Assembly: GCA_964572405.1 (NCBI GenBank)
Contig: CAZNGL010000002.1
Span: forward strand, 1,061-65,060
Source: an uncultured Bacteriovoracaceae bacterium
Lineage (GTDB): Bacteria > Desulfobacterota > Desulfomonilia > UBA1062
Direction of reading: 5' to 3'
DNA: 64,000 nucleotides
The translations under genes were made by a program, and so were the position numbers. The notes beneath the pieces are model-generated. The model was not told the DNA's origin. It saw only the letters and a program-made list of their open reading frames with translations, and searched no databases. Positions 1-9,499 of the stretch are shown here, in pieces (position 1 is the stretch's first letter; every line of letters starts with the position of its first letter).

Positions 1-523
1 GTGACCTTCACGCGGTATCTGGGCTGGGTATAGTCGCCGAACTTGGTCGCCCACCACTGGCCGCTCATGAGGCCCACGTCGAGGACGGTGTTCTCGCCGA
101 ACTTCTGGGACAGGTAGGCGCGTTCAATGGAGATGTTGTCGTTGTTCTCCGACGAGTACATGTAGGGCCATGCATCCGGGCTATCGGTTCCTGTGTATCT
201 CGAAGAATCCGCCCATATCTCGTCGCGCATGTCGACCTTCACGATCACGGAGGTGCTGCCAACGGTGAGTTTGGGATACAGAGAGAGGTAACCCTTGTAG
301 AAAGAGTAGGTAACCGTATCATCTGCCGTGAGGTTCTTGTTGTCCCAGTAGAAACCTGCTGCGCTGAATTCACCATTGAGGTCGAACGTCACCTCGGGGG
401 TCCCCAGAACCTCATAGGTCCGCTCTCTCGCTGCCCGCGACATCTTGGAAGGATCGATCTCCGATCCCGCCCAGACCGTCGTGGCAACGAAGACGATCAG
501 TACTGCAAACAATGCCTTCTTCA
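1..523 (-). CDS. Secreted/outer-membrane protein, 5'-partial at the window edge (N-terminus MKKALFAVLIVFVATTVWAGSEID is a signal peptide)
   Basis: Reverse-strand reading frame running off the window start. ATG at 521-523 is preceded by AAGGAGGAGG Shine-Dalgarno. Cleavable signal peptide. Not in the ORF track because it is partial. Confidence 0.5.
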
Positions 524-1052
524 TCCTATCCTCCTCCTTTTGGTTTTTCTTCTTTTCGTTTGCGGCCTTACTGAACTTGAATCAACCATTTCAACAAGGC
601 CATGCTCCCTCTCCACGCAATCCACCGGATATTCCGCATGTAGATATACAACTTATGTGCCAAACAGAAAAGAACAATAAAATAATATAGATACAAACAG
701 GGCCGTCCAGTGTTGTTGAAAATGTGCCACAAGCAAAAAATAATTCCGTGGCGGAAATAATACAAGTTTCGTGCTGTTGCGCCCCCGGTGCATGAGCCCT
801 GGCGAGCCCGGGCGGGAGGCCGGCATAACGGCATCCACGGCCGCTGCCTTCGGGCGGCTCGGCCCTGCCCGGCCTGAATCCGCAGGGTGTCATGGGTATC
901 ATCCATAGCAGAAAAAAACGCATGTATTTCACTGTCTGGCCGGTACTTTCCGTTGACGGGCGATCACGCCGTGCTCTAGGATGAGTGGTGCGAAGAAGGA
1001 GTTGCATGTGTGTCAAAAAACCAACATGGTTTTCCATCGGAAGGGGTGAGTC

Positions 1053-2426
1053 ATGAATCCTGAGGTCTTTCGGGAGTACGACATCCGGGGCGTGGTGGGA
1101 ACGGACCTGGATGATGCATTCGTGGCAGGGCTTTCCCGGGCCCTGGGCGTGTATTTCCACGAGCGCGGGGTGCGCAGCGTCAGCCTGGGCATGGACGCCC
1201 GCCTCAGTTCCCCCGGATTCAGGGAGATCCTCAAAGACGGCATCACGGCGAGCGGCATCGAGGTCGTCGACCTCGGCATGGTGCCCACGCCGGTCATGTA
1301 CTTCTCGCTCTTCCGGTTGGGCGTCGGCGGCGGCATCGAGGTGACGGGCTCCCACAACCCGCCCGACAACAACGGGTTCAAGATCGCGCTTGGGAAGATG
1401 ACCATCTACGGCGACGAGATCCAGGAGATCAGGGCCATCATGGAGGAGGGCAGGGTGGTGAGCGGGAAGGCCGGAAGCCGGTCCTACGACATCATGCCCG
1501 AGTACCTCGACGACATCGTCTCCCGGATCAGGCCCGGGAGCAGGAGGCTCAGGGTGGTCGTCGACCCGGGCAACGGGGTGGGCGGCGCCCCGGCCATGGC
1601 CGTGTGCGCGGCCCTGGGCATGGAGGCCATGGGAATCTGCCTCGAGCCGGACGGCCGCTTTCCCAACCACCACCCGGACCCCACCACGGAAGACGGCCTT
1701 GCCATGCTCCGCGCCGCGGTGCTGGAGCACAGCGCCGACCTGGGCATCGGCCTGGACGGCGACGCCGACCGCATCGGCGTCATCGATGCGCACGGCAACA
1801 CGGTGTACGGCGACATGATCACCGCGGTCCTCGCCCGGGCGATCCTTGAACAGCGGCCAGGCGAGAAGATCATCGGTGAGGTGAAGTGCTCCAAGGCCTT
1901 CTTCGACGAGGTGGCCCGCTCGGGCGGCGTCCCGCTCATGGGCAGGGTGGGGCATTCCCCCATGAAGGCCCGGCTCATGCAGGAGCAGGCGGCCCTGGCA
2001 GGAGAGATGAGCGGGCACATCTTCTTCCTGGACCGGTGGTACGGCTTCGACGACGCCATCTACTCCACGGCCCGCCTCCTGGAGGTGCTGTCCCGCCAGG
2101 AAGACCCTCAGGCGATCTTCGACGGTCTTCCCCGCCTCGAGAACACCCCGGAGATCCGCATCGACTGCCCGGACAGGATCAAGTTCCAGGTGGTGGAGCG
2201 GTTCACACACTATGCCCGCAGCGCCTACGACGAGTGCGTGGATATCGACGGGGTCAGGTTCACCCGGGGCGACACCTGGGGACTGGTGAGGCCGTCCAAC
2301 ACCCAGCCGGTGATCGTGCTGCGGTTCGAGGCCAGGGACCGCGAGGCGCTCCGCCTCATCCACGACGACACCATGGCTCGGCTCGACGGGATCATCCGGG
2401 AACTCTCGGGGGTCTCGCGGCCATGA
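1053..2426 (+). CDS. Phosphomannomutase/phosphoglucomutase (alpha-D-phosphohexomutase family)
   Basis: 457 aa. Active-site TGSHNPPDNNGFK phosphoserine loop, EYDIRG N-terminus, GIGLDGDADR metal-binding loop. AAGGGG RBS upstream of ATG. Confidence 0.85.
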   Translation: MNPEVFREYDIRGVVGTDLDDAFVAGLSRALGVYFHERGVRSVSLGMDARLSSPGFREILKDGITASGIEVVDLGMVPTPVMYFSLFRLGVGGGIEVTGSHNPPDNNGFKIALGKMTIYGDEIQEIRAIMEEGRVVSGKAGSRSYDIMPEYLDDIVSRIRPGSRRLRVVVDPGNGVGGAPAMAVCAALGMEAMGICLEPDGRFPNHHPDPTTEDGLAMLRAAVLEHSADLGIGLDGDADRIGVIDAHGNTVYGDMITAVLARAILEQRPGEKIIGEVKCSKAFFDEVARSGGVPLMGRVGHSPMKARLMQEQAALAGEMSGHIFFLDRWYGFDDAIYSTARLLEVLSRQEDPQAIFDGLPRLENTPEIRIDCPDRIKFQVVERFTHYARSAYDECVDIDGVRFTRGDTWGLVRPSNTQPVIVLRFEARDREALRLIHDDTMARLDGIIRELSGVSRP

Positions 2427-2579
2427 TGCCGGGTTCCTTCGCCGCCGCCTCTCATCGGTGATCAGCGGCTCCGGAGCGTGCTTTTACCCTCAGCGCGCGG
2501 GGAAGGGGTTGCATGGTGGTGTGTTCTGCGTTACGCTAAGGTCAGCCATGATATTCAATCGGGGCGGTGAGGTCCTGGA

Positions 2580-3230
2580 ATGAGAAGAGGTGTAGCGGTT
2601 TTCCTGGTGGTTGTCTGTGCGGTCCTGATTGTACCGGTCGCGAGCCTGCATGCGAAGACCATGTACGTGAGGGACTGGATCGTCGTCACGATACGTGCCG
2701 TCCCCCTGGATACATCCCAGTCCCTGGGCACGGTGCAGACCAATGACGTGGTGGAGGTCCTGGAGGAGGTCGAGGGATGGTCGCGCATCCGGACCAAGAC
2801 GGGCGTCGAGGGATGGGTTGCGGGCAGGTTCCTGAGCCTGACCCCCCCGAAGAACCTCTATGCGAAGGAGCTCGAGGCCAAGCTCAAGGCCCTCCAGGAG
2901 GAGAACATGCGGCTCAGGGGAACCGCTCCCGCCGGGACGCCGCAGGGCGCAGGGCCGGCGGTTGCCGGAACTCAGGGCATCGCGGCGCCGCCGGAGGCCT
3001 CGTTCATGGACTGCGCCGGGCTCAAGGCCGGCTACGACAGGCTGCAGGCCCAGAACAAGGAGTGCACCCGGAAGAGCGGCCTGCTCGCCGCCGAGAACAG
3101 CAGGCTCAGGAACTCTGAGCGGCTCTTCTTCACCTTCATCGGCGGCGTGTTCATCATCCTGGGCGTGCTCATCGGGCTCTTCATCCAGATGGCCACGGCC
3201 AGGTCCAAGAAGCAGGGGTACAAGTTCTGA
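2580..3230 (+). CDS. Bacterial SH3-domain protein with coiled coil and C-terminal transmembrane anchor
   Basis: Signal/TM at N-terminus. SH3b-like segment (VQTNDVVEVLEEVEGWSRIRTKTGVEGWVAGRFL). Coiled-coil KELEAKLKALQEENMRL. C-terminal hydrophobic helix. Confidence 0.4.
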   Translation: MRRGVAVFLVVVCAVLIVPVASLHAKTMYVRDWIVVTIRAVPLDTSQSLGTVQTNDVVEVLEEVEGWSRIRTKTGVEGWVAGRFLSLTPPKNLYAKELEAKLKALQEENMRLRGTAPAGTPQGAGPAVAGTQGIAAPPEASFMDCAGLKAGYDRLQAQNKECTRKSGLLAAENSRLRNSERLFFTFIGGVFIILGVLIGLFIQMATARSKKQGYKF

Positions 3231-3255
3231 TCCCAACACATCTCGAGGTGGTGAT

Positions 3256-4242
3256 ATGCTGAAAAAGTACGAACGTCTGAGCACCCGGGTGACCATCAAG
3301 AACATCCTGAAGGCGCGCAGCGCCATCGCCCACTACGTCCACCGGACCAACCTCATCTACTACTCGGAGCTCAGCCGGATCATCGGGTGCGACGCCTTCG
3401 TGAAGCACGAGAACCACCTGCCCACCGGCTCCTTCAAGATCAGGGGCGCCATCAACTTCTTCCAGTCCATCCCCAAGGAGGACGTGGCCAACGGCGTGCT
3501 CGTGTCCACCCGGGGCAACCACGGCCTGGCCATGGCATGGGCCGGGCAGTGGTTCCACACGCCGTGCACCGTGGTGGTGCCCGAGAACAACAACCCCGAG
3601 ATCAACCGCATCATCGAGAGCTTCGGCGCCGAGCTCATCGTGCACGGGCACGACTTCTACGACGCCCAGTTCTACTGCGACGAGCTGGTGGCTGCCGCCG
3701 GCTACTACTATGTCGAGCAGGGGAACGAACCGGAGATGCTCAACGGCATCGGCACCATGGGTCTGGAGATCTTCGAGGACCTGCCGGACGTGGACGTCAT
3801 CATCTGCCCCATCGGCGGCGGCGGCGGGTGCGCATCCCTCCTCAGGGTGGCCCAGGCCATCAACCCCGGGGTTGAGATCATCGGCGTGCAGGCAGCCAAG
3901 GCCCCGGCCTTCGCGAAGTCGCTCCAGCAGGGAGAGTGGGTCGTGCTCGACGAAGCCGAGACCATCGCGGACGGCCTGGCGGCCCGCAGCGTGTTCCAGC
4001 TCCCCTACGTCATCATGAAGGACCACATCACCGACGTGGTCCTGCTCAGCGAGGAGGAGGTGCTCGAGGGCATCAGGCTCGCGCTCACCACCACGCACAA
4101 CCTGGCCGAGGGGGCCGGGGCTGCTTCGCTCATCGCCGCGGTGAAGATCAGGGATCGCCTCGCGGGCAGGAAGGTGGCGCTTATCATGTCCGGCGGAAAC
4201 CTCGACCGGGCGCACCTGGAACTTGCATTGCAGAAAGGGTGA
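3256..4242 (+). CDS. Threonine (serine) dehydratase / threonine ammonia-lyase, PLP-dependent, short form
   Basis: 328 aa. PLP-lysine motif SFKIRGA. Glycine-rich GGGGG PLP phosphate loop. Typical TdcB/IlvA-catalytic-domain layout. Confidence 0.8.
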   Translation: MLKKYERLSTRVTIKNILKARSAIAHYVHRTNLIYYSELSRIIGCDAFVKHENHLPTGSFKIRGAINFFQSIPKEDVANGVLVSTRGNHGLAMAWAGQWFHTPCTVVVPENNNPEINRIIESFGAELIVHGHDFYDAQFYCDELVAAAGYYYVEQGNEPEMLNGIGTMGLEIFEDLPDVDVIICPIGGGGGCASLLRVAQAINPGVEIIGVQAAKAPAFAKSLQQGEWVVLDEAETIADGLAARSVFQLPYVIMKDHITDVVLLSEEEVLEGIRLALTTTHNLAEGAGAASLIAAVKIRDRLAGRKVALIMSGGNLDRAHLELALQKG

Positions 4243-5160
4243 TCATCCCTCTTCGAGATCTTCCTCCGTCTTGAAGGTGCCGGCCCACCTGCGGTTGATC
4301 TCCTGCTGGATGTCCTCGATGGCGGCCTGGTCCATGAGCCTGAACCGCGCCTGGGCCTTGAAGTACTCCGCCACCGGCACCAGCGACCGCTTGTCCGCGA
4401 TCTTCTGGGATGCCCCGGTGAGCCGCACCACCGAGTTCTCCACCTCGTAGAGCTCGAACAGGCCCGTCTCCACGGCGAGCTTGCCCATCTTCACGGTGCA
4501 GCGGGGCTCGAACCCCCAGCCCGGCGGGCAGGGGATCTGGATGTGGAGGTACTTCACCCCGGGCAGGTCCACGGCCTTCTTCACCTTGTCGTAGAGGTCC
4601 AGGGGGTAGGCCGCTGAGCAGGTGGCCACGTAGGACAGGTTGTGGGCCGCCATGATGGCCGGCACGTCCTTCTTCTGCTGAAATTTCCCCTTGATGGGCG
4701 TGTTGGCCGTGATGGCGCCCCTGGGCGTGGTGCCCGAGCGCTGCACCCCGGTGTTCATGTACCCCTCGTTGTCGTAGCAGATGAACAGGAAATCGTCCCC
4801 GCGCTCGGCCGCCCCGGAGAGCGCCTGGAGGCCGATGTCCGCCGTGCCTCCGTCCCCGGCCCAGGCCACGACCCTGGTGTGGTCCCTGCCCAGGGCCCTC
4901 AGCGCCGCGAGCATGCCCGTGGAGGCGGCCGCGGTGGAGGCGAAGGTGACGTTCAGACAGGGGAGCTTGGTGGCGGCCACCGGGTAGAGCCCCTGGAGCA
5001 CGGTGAGGCAGCTGGGCGGCACCACGAGGATGGTGTCTTTCCCAAGGGCCTTGAGCGCGATGCGGTATGCGGTGCCCAGGCCGCATCCGGCGCAGGCCCG
5101 TGTGCCCGGGTTGACGAACTCCTCTTCCGGCAGGCTCAGGATGGTGGTCTTGGTGGTCAT
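4243..5160 (-). CDS. 2-oxoacid:ferredoxin oxidoreductase beta subunit (TPP-binding, PorB-type), operon 1
   Basis: 305 aa. GDG...CYDNEGYMNTG TPP/Mg-binding motif. Cys cluster CAGCG. Last gene of the G-D-A-B operon. Confidence 0.8.
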   Translation of the reverse strand: MTTKTTILSLPEEEFVNPGTRACAGCGLGTAYRIALKALGKDTILVVPPSCLTVLQGLYPVAATKLPCLNVTFASTAAASTGMLAALRALGRDHTRVVAWAGDGGTADIGLQALSGAAERGDDFLFICYDNEGYMNTGVQRSGTTPRGAITANTPIKGKFQQKKDVPAIMAAHNLSYVATCSAAYPLDLYDKVKKAVDLPGVKYLHIQIPCPPGWGFEPRCTVKMGKLAVETGLFELYEVENSVVRLTGASQKIADKRSLVPVAEYFKAQARFRLMDQAAIEDIQQEINRRWAGTFKTEEDLEEG

Positions 5161-5175
5161 GGCAGCGTCTCCCCT

Positions 5176-6381
5176 TCAGATCTTCAGCCCGATCCAGGCG
5201 GTTTCATCCGTGAGCGGCGCCTTGTCCGTGCAGGCGGCCTTCATGGCATCGTAGAGCTCCCGGGTCTTGATCTCCCTGCCGCCCAGGCCCAGGATGCAGT
5301 TGCGGACAAAGGGCGTCCTCTTCCGGGAGCCGGCAGCCGGATAGAGGGCCGCCTTGATGTCCGAGCAGAGCGGCCCCTCGTACCCGTAGCTCAGCGCCTT
5401 CTCGAACACGACCACGCCCTGGGCCGATGCGAGCACTTCGGCAACGGCCCGGGCCGGGAACGGGCGGTAGAGGTGGACGCTCATGATGCCCGCTTTGATG
5501 CCGTCCTTCCTCAGGGCGTCGACGACCTCCCGCAGGTGGTAGGAGAGCGAGCCCACGGCCACGGCGATGAACCGCGCGTCCTCGCACCGGTAGGTCTCGT
5601 AGAAGGGGTCGCCCCCCCTGCCGAACTGTTTCCTGAAACGCTCCTCCACGCCGGCCATGGCGCCTAGTGCCCGCTGCATGTCCTCCTGGAGGAGGTAGCG
5701 GATCTCCATGTACCCGTGGGCCACGTTGCCCAACGTGTCGGGCCTCACGTCCGGGAGCGTCACGGTGTTGAGGTTGGCAGGTTTTTCCGGGTCGAGGGCG
5801 TACTCCGGCCTATACGGGGGCAGGAACGCGTCCACCATGGCCTGGTCCGGGACTTCGAAGGGCATGTAGGTGTGCGACAGGAGGTAGCCGTCGTAGCAGA
5901 GCATGACCGGGACCATGACCTCTTCGGCCAGCATGTAGGACTTGATCACGCCGTCGATGATCTGCTGGTGGTCGTTCGCGTAGAGCTGGATCCAGCCGGT
6001 GTCGCGCTGGGACATGGAGTCCTGGTGGTCGTTCCAGATGGTCCAGGGCGCGCCCACGCCGCGGTTCACCACGCACATGACCAGCGGCAGCCTGGCGCCC
6101 GCGGCCCAGTGGATCTGCTCGTGCATGTAGAGCAGGCCGTTGGCGCTGGTGGCGGTGAAGGCCCGGGCGCCCGTGGACGAGGCAGCGATGCACACGGCGA
6201 GCGCGCTGTGCTCGCTCTCCACCGGGATGTACTGGGAAACCATCTCGCCGGACTCCACGAACTCGGAGAGCTTCTCGGTGAGCGGCGTCTGGGGGGTGAT
6301 GGGGTATGCGGCGATGACCTGCGCCCGCGAGAGCTTCACGCCCAACGCTGCGGCCACGTTTCCTGATTCGATGATATGCAT
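5176..6381 (-). CDS. 2-oxoacid:ferredoxin oxidoreductase alpha subunit (PorA-type), operon 1
   Basis: 401 aa. YPITPQTPL N-terminal motif typical of the OFOR alpha subunit. Confidence 0.85.
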   Translation of the reverse strand: MHIIESGNVAAALGVKLSRAQVIAAYPITPQTPLTEKLSEFVESGEMVSQYIPVESEHSALAVCIAASSTGARAFTATSANGLLYMHEQIHWAAGARLPLVMCVVNRGVGAPWTIWNDHQDSMSQRDTGWIQLYANDHQQIIDGVIKSYMLAEEVMVPVMLCYDGYLLSHTYMPFEVPDQAMVDAFLPPYRPEYALDPEKPANLNTVTLPDVRPDTLGNVAHGYMEIRYLLQEDMQRALGAMAGVEERFRKQFGRGGDPFYETYRCEDARFIAVAVGSLSYHLREVVDALRKDGIKAGIMSVHLYRPFPARAVAEVLASAQGVVVFEKALSYGYEGPLCSDIKAALYPAAGSRKRTPFVRNCILGLGGREIKTRELYDAMKAACTDKAPLTDETAWIGLKI

Positions 6382-6384
6382 CCC

Positions 6385-6705
6385 TTACTTCTTCCTCTCT
6401 TCGGTCTGGATGAAACAGGATTCCTCCACCATGGTGATGGCCTTGGTGGGGCACTCCTCGGCGCAGATGCCGCAGCCCTTGCAGTACTCGAGGTCGATGG
6501 CGGGCGGGACGGTCCTGGTGATGACCCCGTCCGGACAGTAGAGCCAGCAGATGTAGCACGCGGGCGCCCCGCGCTTGGCCGGGATGCAGGTCTGCGGGTC
6601 CATGACCGGGCGGGCGACCCGCCACGACCCGGTCCTGCCGCCGTCCCCGGGGCCCGGCTGGCTGTGCGACGTCTTTCTTCCATAGCTGCGGGTACCCACG
6701 TTCAA
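6385..6705 (-). CDS. 2-oxoacid:ferredoxin oxidoreductase delta subunit (2x[4Fe-4S] ferredoxin, PorD-type), operon 1
   Basis: 106 aa. Two CxxCxxCxxxCP clusters (CYICWLYCP, CKGCGICAEECP). TTG start overlapping the porG stop (TTGA). Confidence 0.7.
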   Translation of the reverse strand: MNVGTRSYGRKTSHSQPGPGDGGRTGSWRVARPVMDPQTCIPAKRGAPACYICWLYCPDGVITRTVPPAIDLEYCKGCGICAEECPTKAITMVEESCFIQTEERKK

Positions 6706-7262
6706 CCTCCCATCAGGGTGTGTTCATAGGCGAGCCGGGCCGCCTTGGCGTTCCGTTCGGGTCTGCGCTGGGCGAATTCCTCCTTGATCTCCTCCACGAG
6801 CATGTCCATGCCGACGATGCCGCTCGCCCTCGCAAAGGCGCCGATGATGCCGGAGTTCACCATGCCCTCGGGAAGGCCTGCCTTCACCGACAGCGAGGTG
6901 ACGTCGCAGATGGCCACCCGGTACCGGTCGTAGTGGTAGGCGTCGATGCTGCAGGGGGTGTTGACCACGATGATGCCCCCCTCCTTGAGCCCTGAGGTGA
7001 TGTCCGCCTCCTCCAGCAGCACGTGGTCGAGCACCACCACGATGTCGGGGCGCTCGATGGGGGAGAGGTCGTAGATCTTCTCCTTGGAGATCTTCAGCGA
7101 GGTGAACACCGGCGCTCCCCTGCGCTCGGTCCCGAAGGTGGGCACCATGGCCACGCCCGGGTATCCGGAGGCGAACATGGCCTTGGCCACGATCTTCGCC
7201 GCGGTGATGGCCCCCTGGCCGCCCCTGCCGTGCCACCTGATGTCGATGGAATCCTGTGTCAT
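6702..7262 (-). CDS. 2-oxoacid:ferredoxin oxidoreductase gamma subunit (PorG-type), operon 1
   Basis: 187 aa from ATG 7260-7262 (MTQDSIDIRWHGRGGQGAITAAKI...), GGAGC RBS. The 287-aa ORF in the track is an upstream extension, not used. Confidence 0.8.
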   Translation of the reverse strand: MTQDSIDIRWHGRGGQGAITAAKIVAKAMFASGYPGVAMVPTFGTERRGAPVFTSLKISKEKIYDLSPIERPDIVVVLDHVLLEEADITSGLKEGGIIVVNTPCSIDAYHYDRYRVAICDVTSLSVKAGLPEGMVNSGIIGAFARASGIVGMDMLVEEIKEEFAQRRPERNAKAARLAYEHTLMGG

Positions 7263-7626
7263 ATCCGCTCCCGTCTTCCTCTTCGCCGTTGCCTGCATTG
7301 ACGGGCACGTTTCAGCCGCGCCGTGCACGCCTTGCGTATTCCTTGTCCGGGTACCGGGTCTGGACAGAGACAAGCATGAAAGGCCTTCCCAAAAGGACAT
7401 GGCCTGGCAGGGACCTGCCGATGGCCGGTTTTGCCCGTGCCTCGACCCCCTGCATGCGCTGCCGGTGACCGCTCGTGTTCCTCCGTGAATCCGTGCCGCC
7501 TGTCGTGGATCGCCGTGCCTGGAACTGTGCGAACACACTATATACCACAACACGGGGTTTATCAAGGCACATACTTTGCATAAAACCTTGGCGTGTCTGA
7601 GAAACCATTGCCTGAGAGGAGCACCG

Positions 7627-8604
7627 ATGATCGCACGTCAGACCAGGGATAATGCAGCGAGGAGAAAGACGGGCATGATCGCTCAGGACCGGGACAAGCC
7701 CCTGGCCCTGTTCACCGAGAGCATGATGAGCGTGCTCAAGAGCCGCACTGCATCGAGCGCGTGCGCCGAACTCGTCTCGCTCATGGGGCAGACCTTCCCG
7801 CTGTCCGCGCCAGCGCTCTACGTGAGCGTCCAGGGCGCACAGCCGCAGGTGTACTCCGTGCTCGATGCCTCCCAGGGAGGCGACGTCGATGCCCGGCGGA
7901 TGCTCGGTGAAAAGGGCTGCGCCTACACCCGTGTGCTGGCCGGCGGCCAGGCCCCGTACCTTCCTTCCCGGGTGGACATCCCCCTCATCGCCTCGCCCGG
8001 TGCCCAGGTGACCCTGTCCATCAACCCGGGTGTCCATGAGGGGATCTTCGCAGAATGGGTCAAATATTTGACGCCAGCCATCGCCAAGCTCCTGGACAAC
8101 GAGCTCCTCATGAACATGGCCTTCCGCGACGGTCTCACGGGGCTGCTCAACTACCGTGCGTTCTCCGAGATCCTCCCGGCCGAGTGGGAGCGGTCCCGGC
8201 GCTACCGGACGGTCTTTTCGCTCATGATGATCGACATCGACCATTTCAAGCGAATCAACGACGAGCACGGGCATCCCGTGGGAGACATGGTGCTCAAGGC
8301 CGTCGCCTCAGGGCTCCAGGGAAGGGTGCGCAAGAGCGACCTGGTGTTCCGGTACGGGGGCGAGGAGTTCATGGTCATGCTGCCCCAGACAGGGCTCTCC
8401 AAGGCCCACCTGCTGGCCGAGCGGATACGCGGATATGTGGGAAAGATGCGGCTCCCGGCCGGGATCGCGCTCACCGTCAGCATCGGCATCAGCCAGTATC
8501 GGGATGGACTCACGCCTGCGGATCTTGTAGAACAGGCGGATGCGGGGCTCTATCGCGCCAAGGGAAGGGGCCGCAACCGCGTGGAGGCATACGAGGGAGT
8601 ATAA
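7627..8604 (+). CDS. GGDEF-domain diguanylate cyclase with N-terminal sensory region
   Basis: RYGGEEF active site. DIDHFKRIND metal/GTP-binding motif. Start placed at the ATG preceded by a GAGAGGAG RBS (in frame with the longer 7576 ORF). Confidence 0.8.
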   Translation: MIARQTRDNAARRKTGMIAQDRDKPLALFTESMMSVLKSRTASSACAELVSLMGQTFPLSAPALYVSVQGAQPQVYSVLDASQGGDVDARRMLGEKGCAYTRVLAGGQAPYLPSRVDIPLIASPGAQVTLSINPGVHEGIFAEWVKYLTPAIAKLLDNELLMNMAFRDGLTGLLNYRAFSEILPAEWERSRRYRTVFSLMMIDIDHFKRINDEHGHPVGDMVLKAVASGLQGRVRKSDLVFRYGGEEFMVMLPQTGLSKAHLLAERIRGYVGKMRLPAGIALTVSIGISQYRDGLTPADLVEQADAGLYRAKGRGRNRVEAYEGV

Positions 8605-8625
8605 TTCCTTGCAAAGGACTTGGGA

Positions 8626-9456
8626 ATGAATATTGACAGTCTCCTTGATCTGGGCTCGGGGCTCGCCGCCCACGGTCCCGACGGCAAGAGGGTAAAGGGC
8701 AGGGTCACCGAGGTACTTGAGGAGGACCTCTTCGTGTTCGTCCCGGAGGAACCGCTCGACGTGACCATCGGCTCCATCGTGAAGGTGACCGACGGCCAGG
8801 ACTCGGTCATGGGCAGGGTGGTGGAGAGGACCGAGAAGGGGCTGAAGCTCGCCGTGGAGTGCTACCTCTCCCCGGGGCACGAGCGTCGCCAGGACGTCAG
8901 GATCTACGACAAGGTCTACTACAGCGCCGGCCTGCTCTGCCCGGCCGCCGAGAAGTCCAGGGCGCTGCCGGAGGCCATGGCGCGCATCCAGGCCAGCAAG
9001 CTCATCCTCGACTCGTTCCTCAAGGGCAAGTACGGCCACCCCGGCTCCGACGACGCAGCGCCCCAGCGGGAGGCGGGTCTGAGCCAGGGGCTCTGGGAGA
9101 TCAACCGCAAGCTCGACCTGCTCATCCACATGGTCCTTGCCGACGAGTTCAAGGAGCTCATGACGAGTGCCCCCAAGGAGGTCAACATCTCCGCCTCGGG
9201 CATCCGGTTCATCTCGGACGAATCCCGGGAGATGGGAGACCTGATGGAGATCCGGATCATCCTCCCCATGGCGCCGCTGCTGTTCGTGAGGCTCGTGGGA
9301 GAGGTGATCCGCCAGAAGGCCTTGACCAGCACGCCCGTGACCAGCCGCTATGCCGTGGCCGTGAAGTTCCTGAAGATCGATACGGACACCCGCGAGGACA
9401 TCATCCGCTACCTCTTCATGCGGCAGCGCGAGGTGCTCCGGAAGAGACAGGTCTGA
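8626..9456 (+). CDS. PilZ-domain c-di-GMP effector protein (two-domain, YcgR-like arrangement)
   Basis: C-terminal NISASGIRF ((D/N)xSxxG) and the typical C-terminal helix. RRQDVR (RRxxxR) lies in the N-terminal beta-rich domain. 10-15 bp gaps to GGDEF upstream and PBP downstream. Confidence 0.6.
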   Translation: MNIDSLLDLGSGLAAHGPDGKRVKGRVTEVLEEDLFVFVPEEPLDVTIGSIVKVTDGQDSVMGRVVERTEKGLKLAVECYLSPGHERRQDVRIYDKVYYSAGLLCPAAEKSRALPEAMARIQASKLILDSFLKGKYGHPGSDDAAPQREAGLSQGLWEINRKLDLLIHMVLADEFKELMTSAPKEVNISASGIRFISDESREMGDLMEIRIILPMAPLLFVRLVGEVIRQKALTSTPVTSRYAVAVKFLKIDTDTREDIIRYLFMRQREVLRKRQV

Positions 9457-9499
9457 CCCATCAGGATTGACACCCGACCCCCCACCCGCCTATAGAGGG

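Noticed and set aside
591-2363. 590-aa minus-strand ORF overlapping the phosphomannomutase gene. Similar long antisense ORFs occur at 9461..10477, 10961..12409, 13165..14433, 16151..17029, 17949..19916, 19953..21686, 21176..22735, 33220..34008, 35190..36416, 38342..39805, 41165..42694, 50744..52495, 58023..59954 and 60445..61548.
   Set aside because: They lie antisense or out of frame to genes with unmistakable catalytic motifs. Their translations are Arg/Gly/Pro/His-rich low-complexity strings typical of open antisense frames in high-GC DNA, with no RBS and no motifs.
6702-7565. 287-aa version of the OFOR gamma ORF with a long Arg/Cys-rich N-terminal extension.
   Set aside because: Homology to PorG begins at MTQDSIDIRW (ATG 7260-7262) with its own RBS, and the extension is low complexity. 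Similar extended ORFs for thiC (to 33661), mogA (to 40546), holB (from 42828), fliI (to 19703) and the TPR protein (TTG 27895) were trimmed for the same reason.
8626-9456. Calling the N-terminal half of the PilZ protein a canonical second PilZ domain.
   Set aside because: Only RRxxxR is present there. The (D/N)xSxxG is in the C-terminal half about 90 residues away, so a YcgR-like PilZN + PilZ arrangement is more defensible than two PilZ domains.
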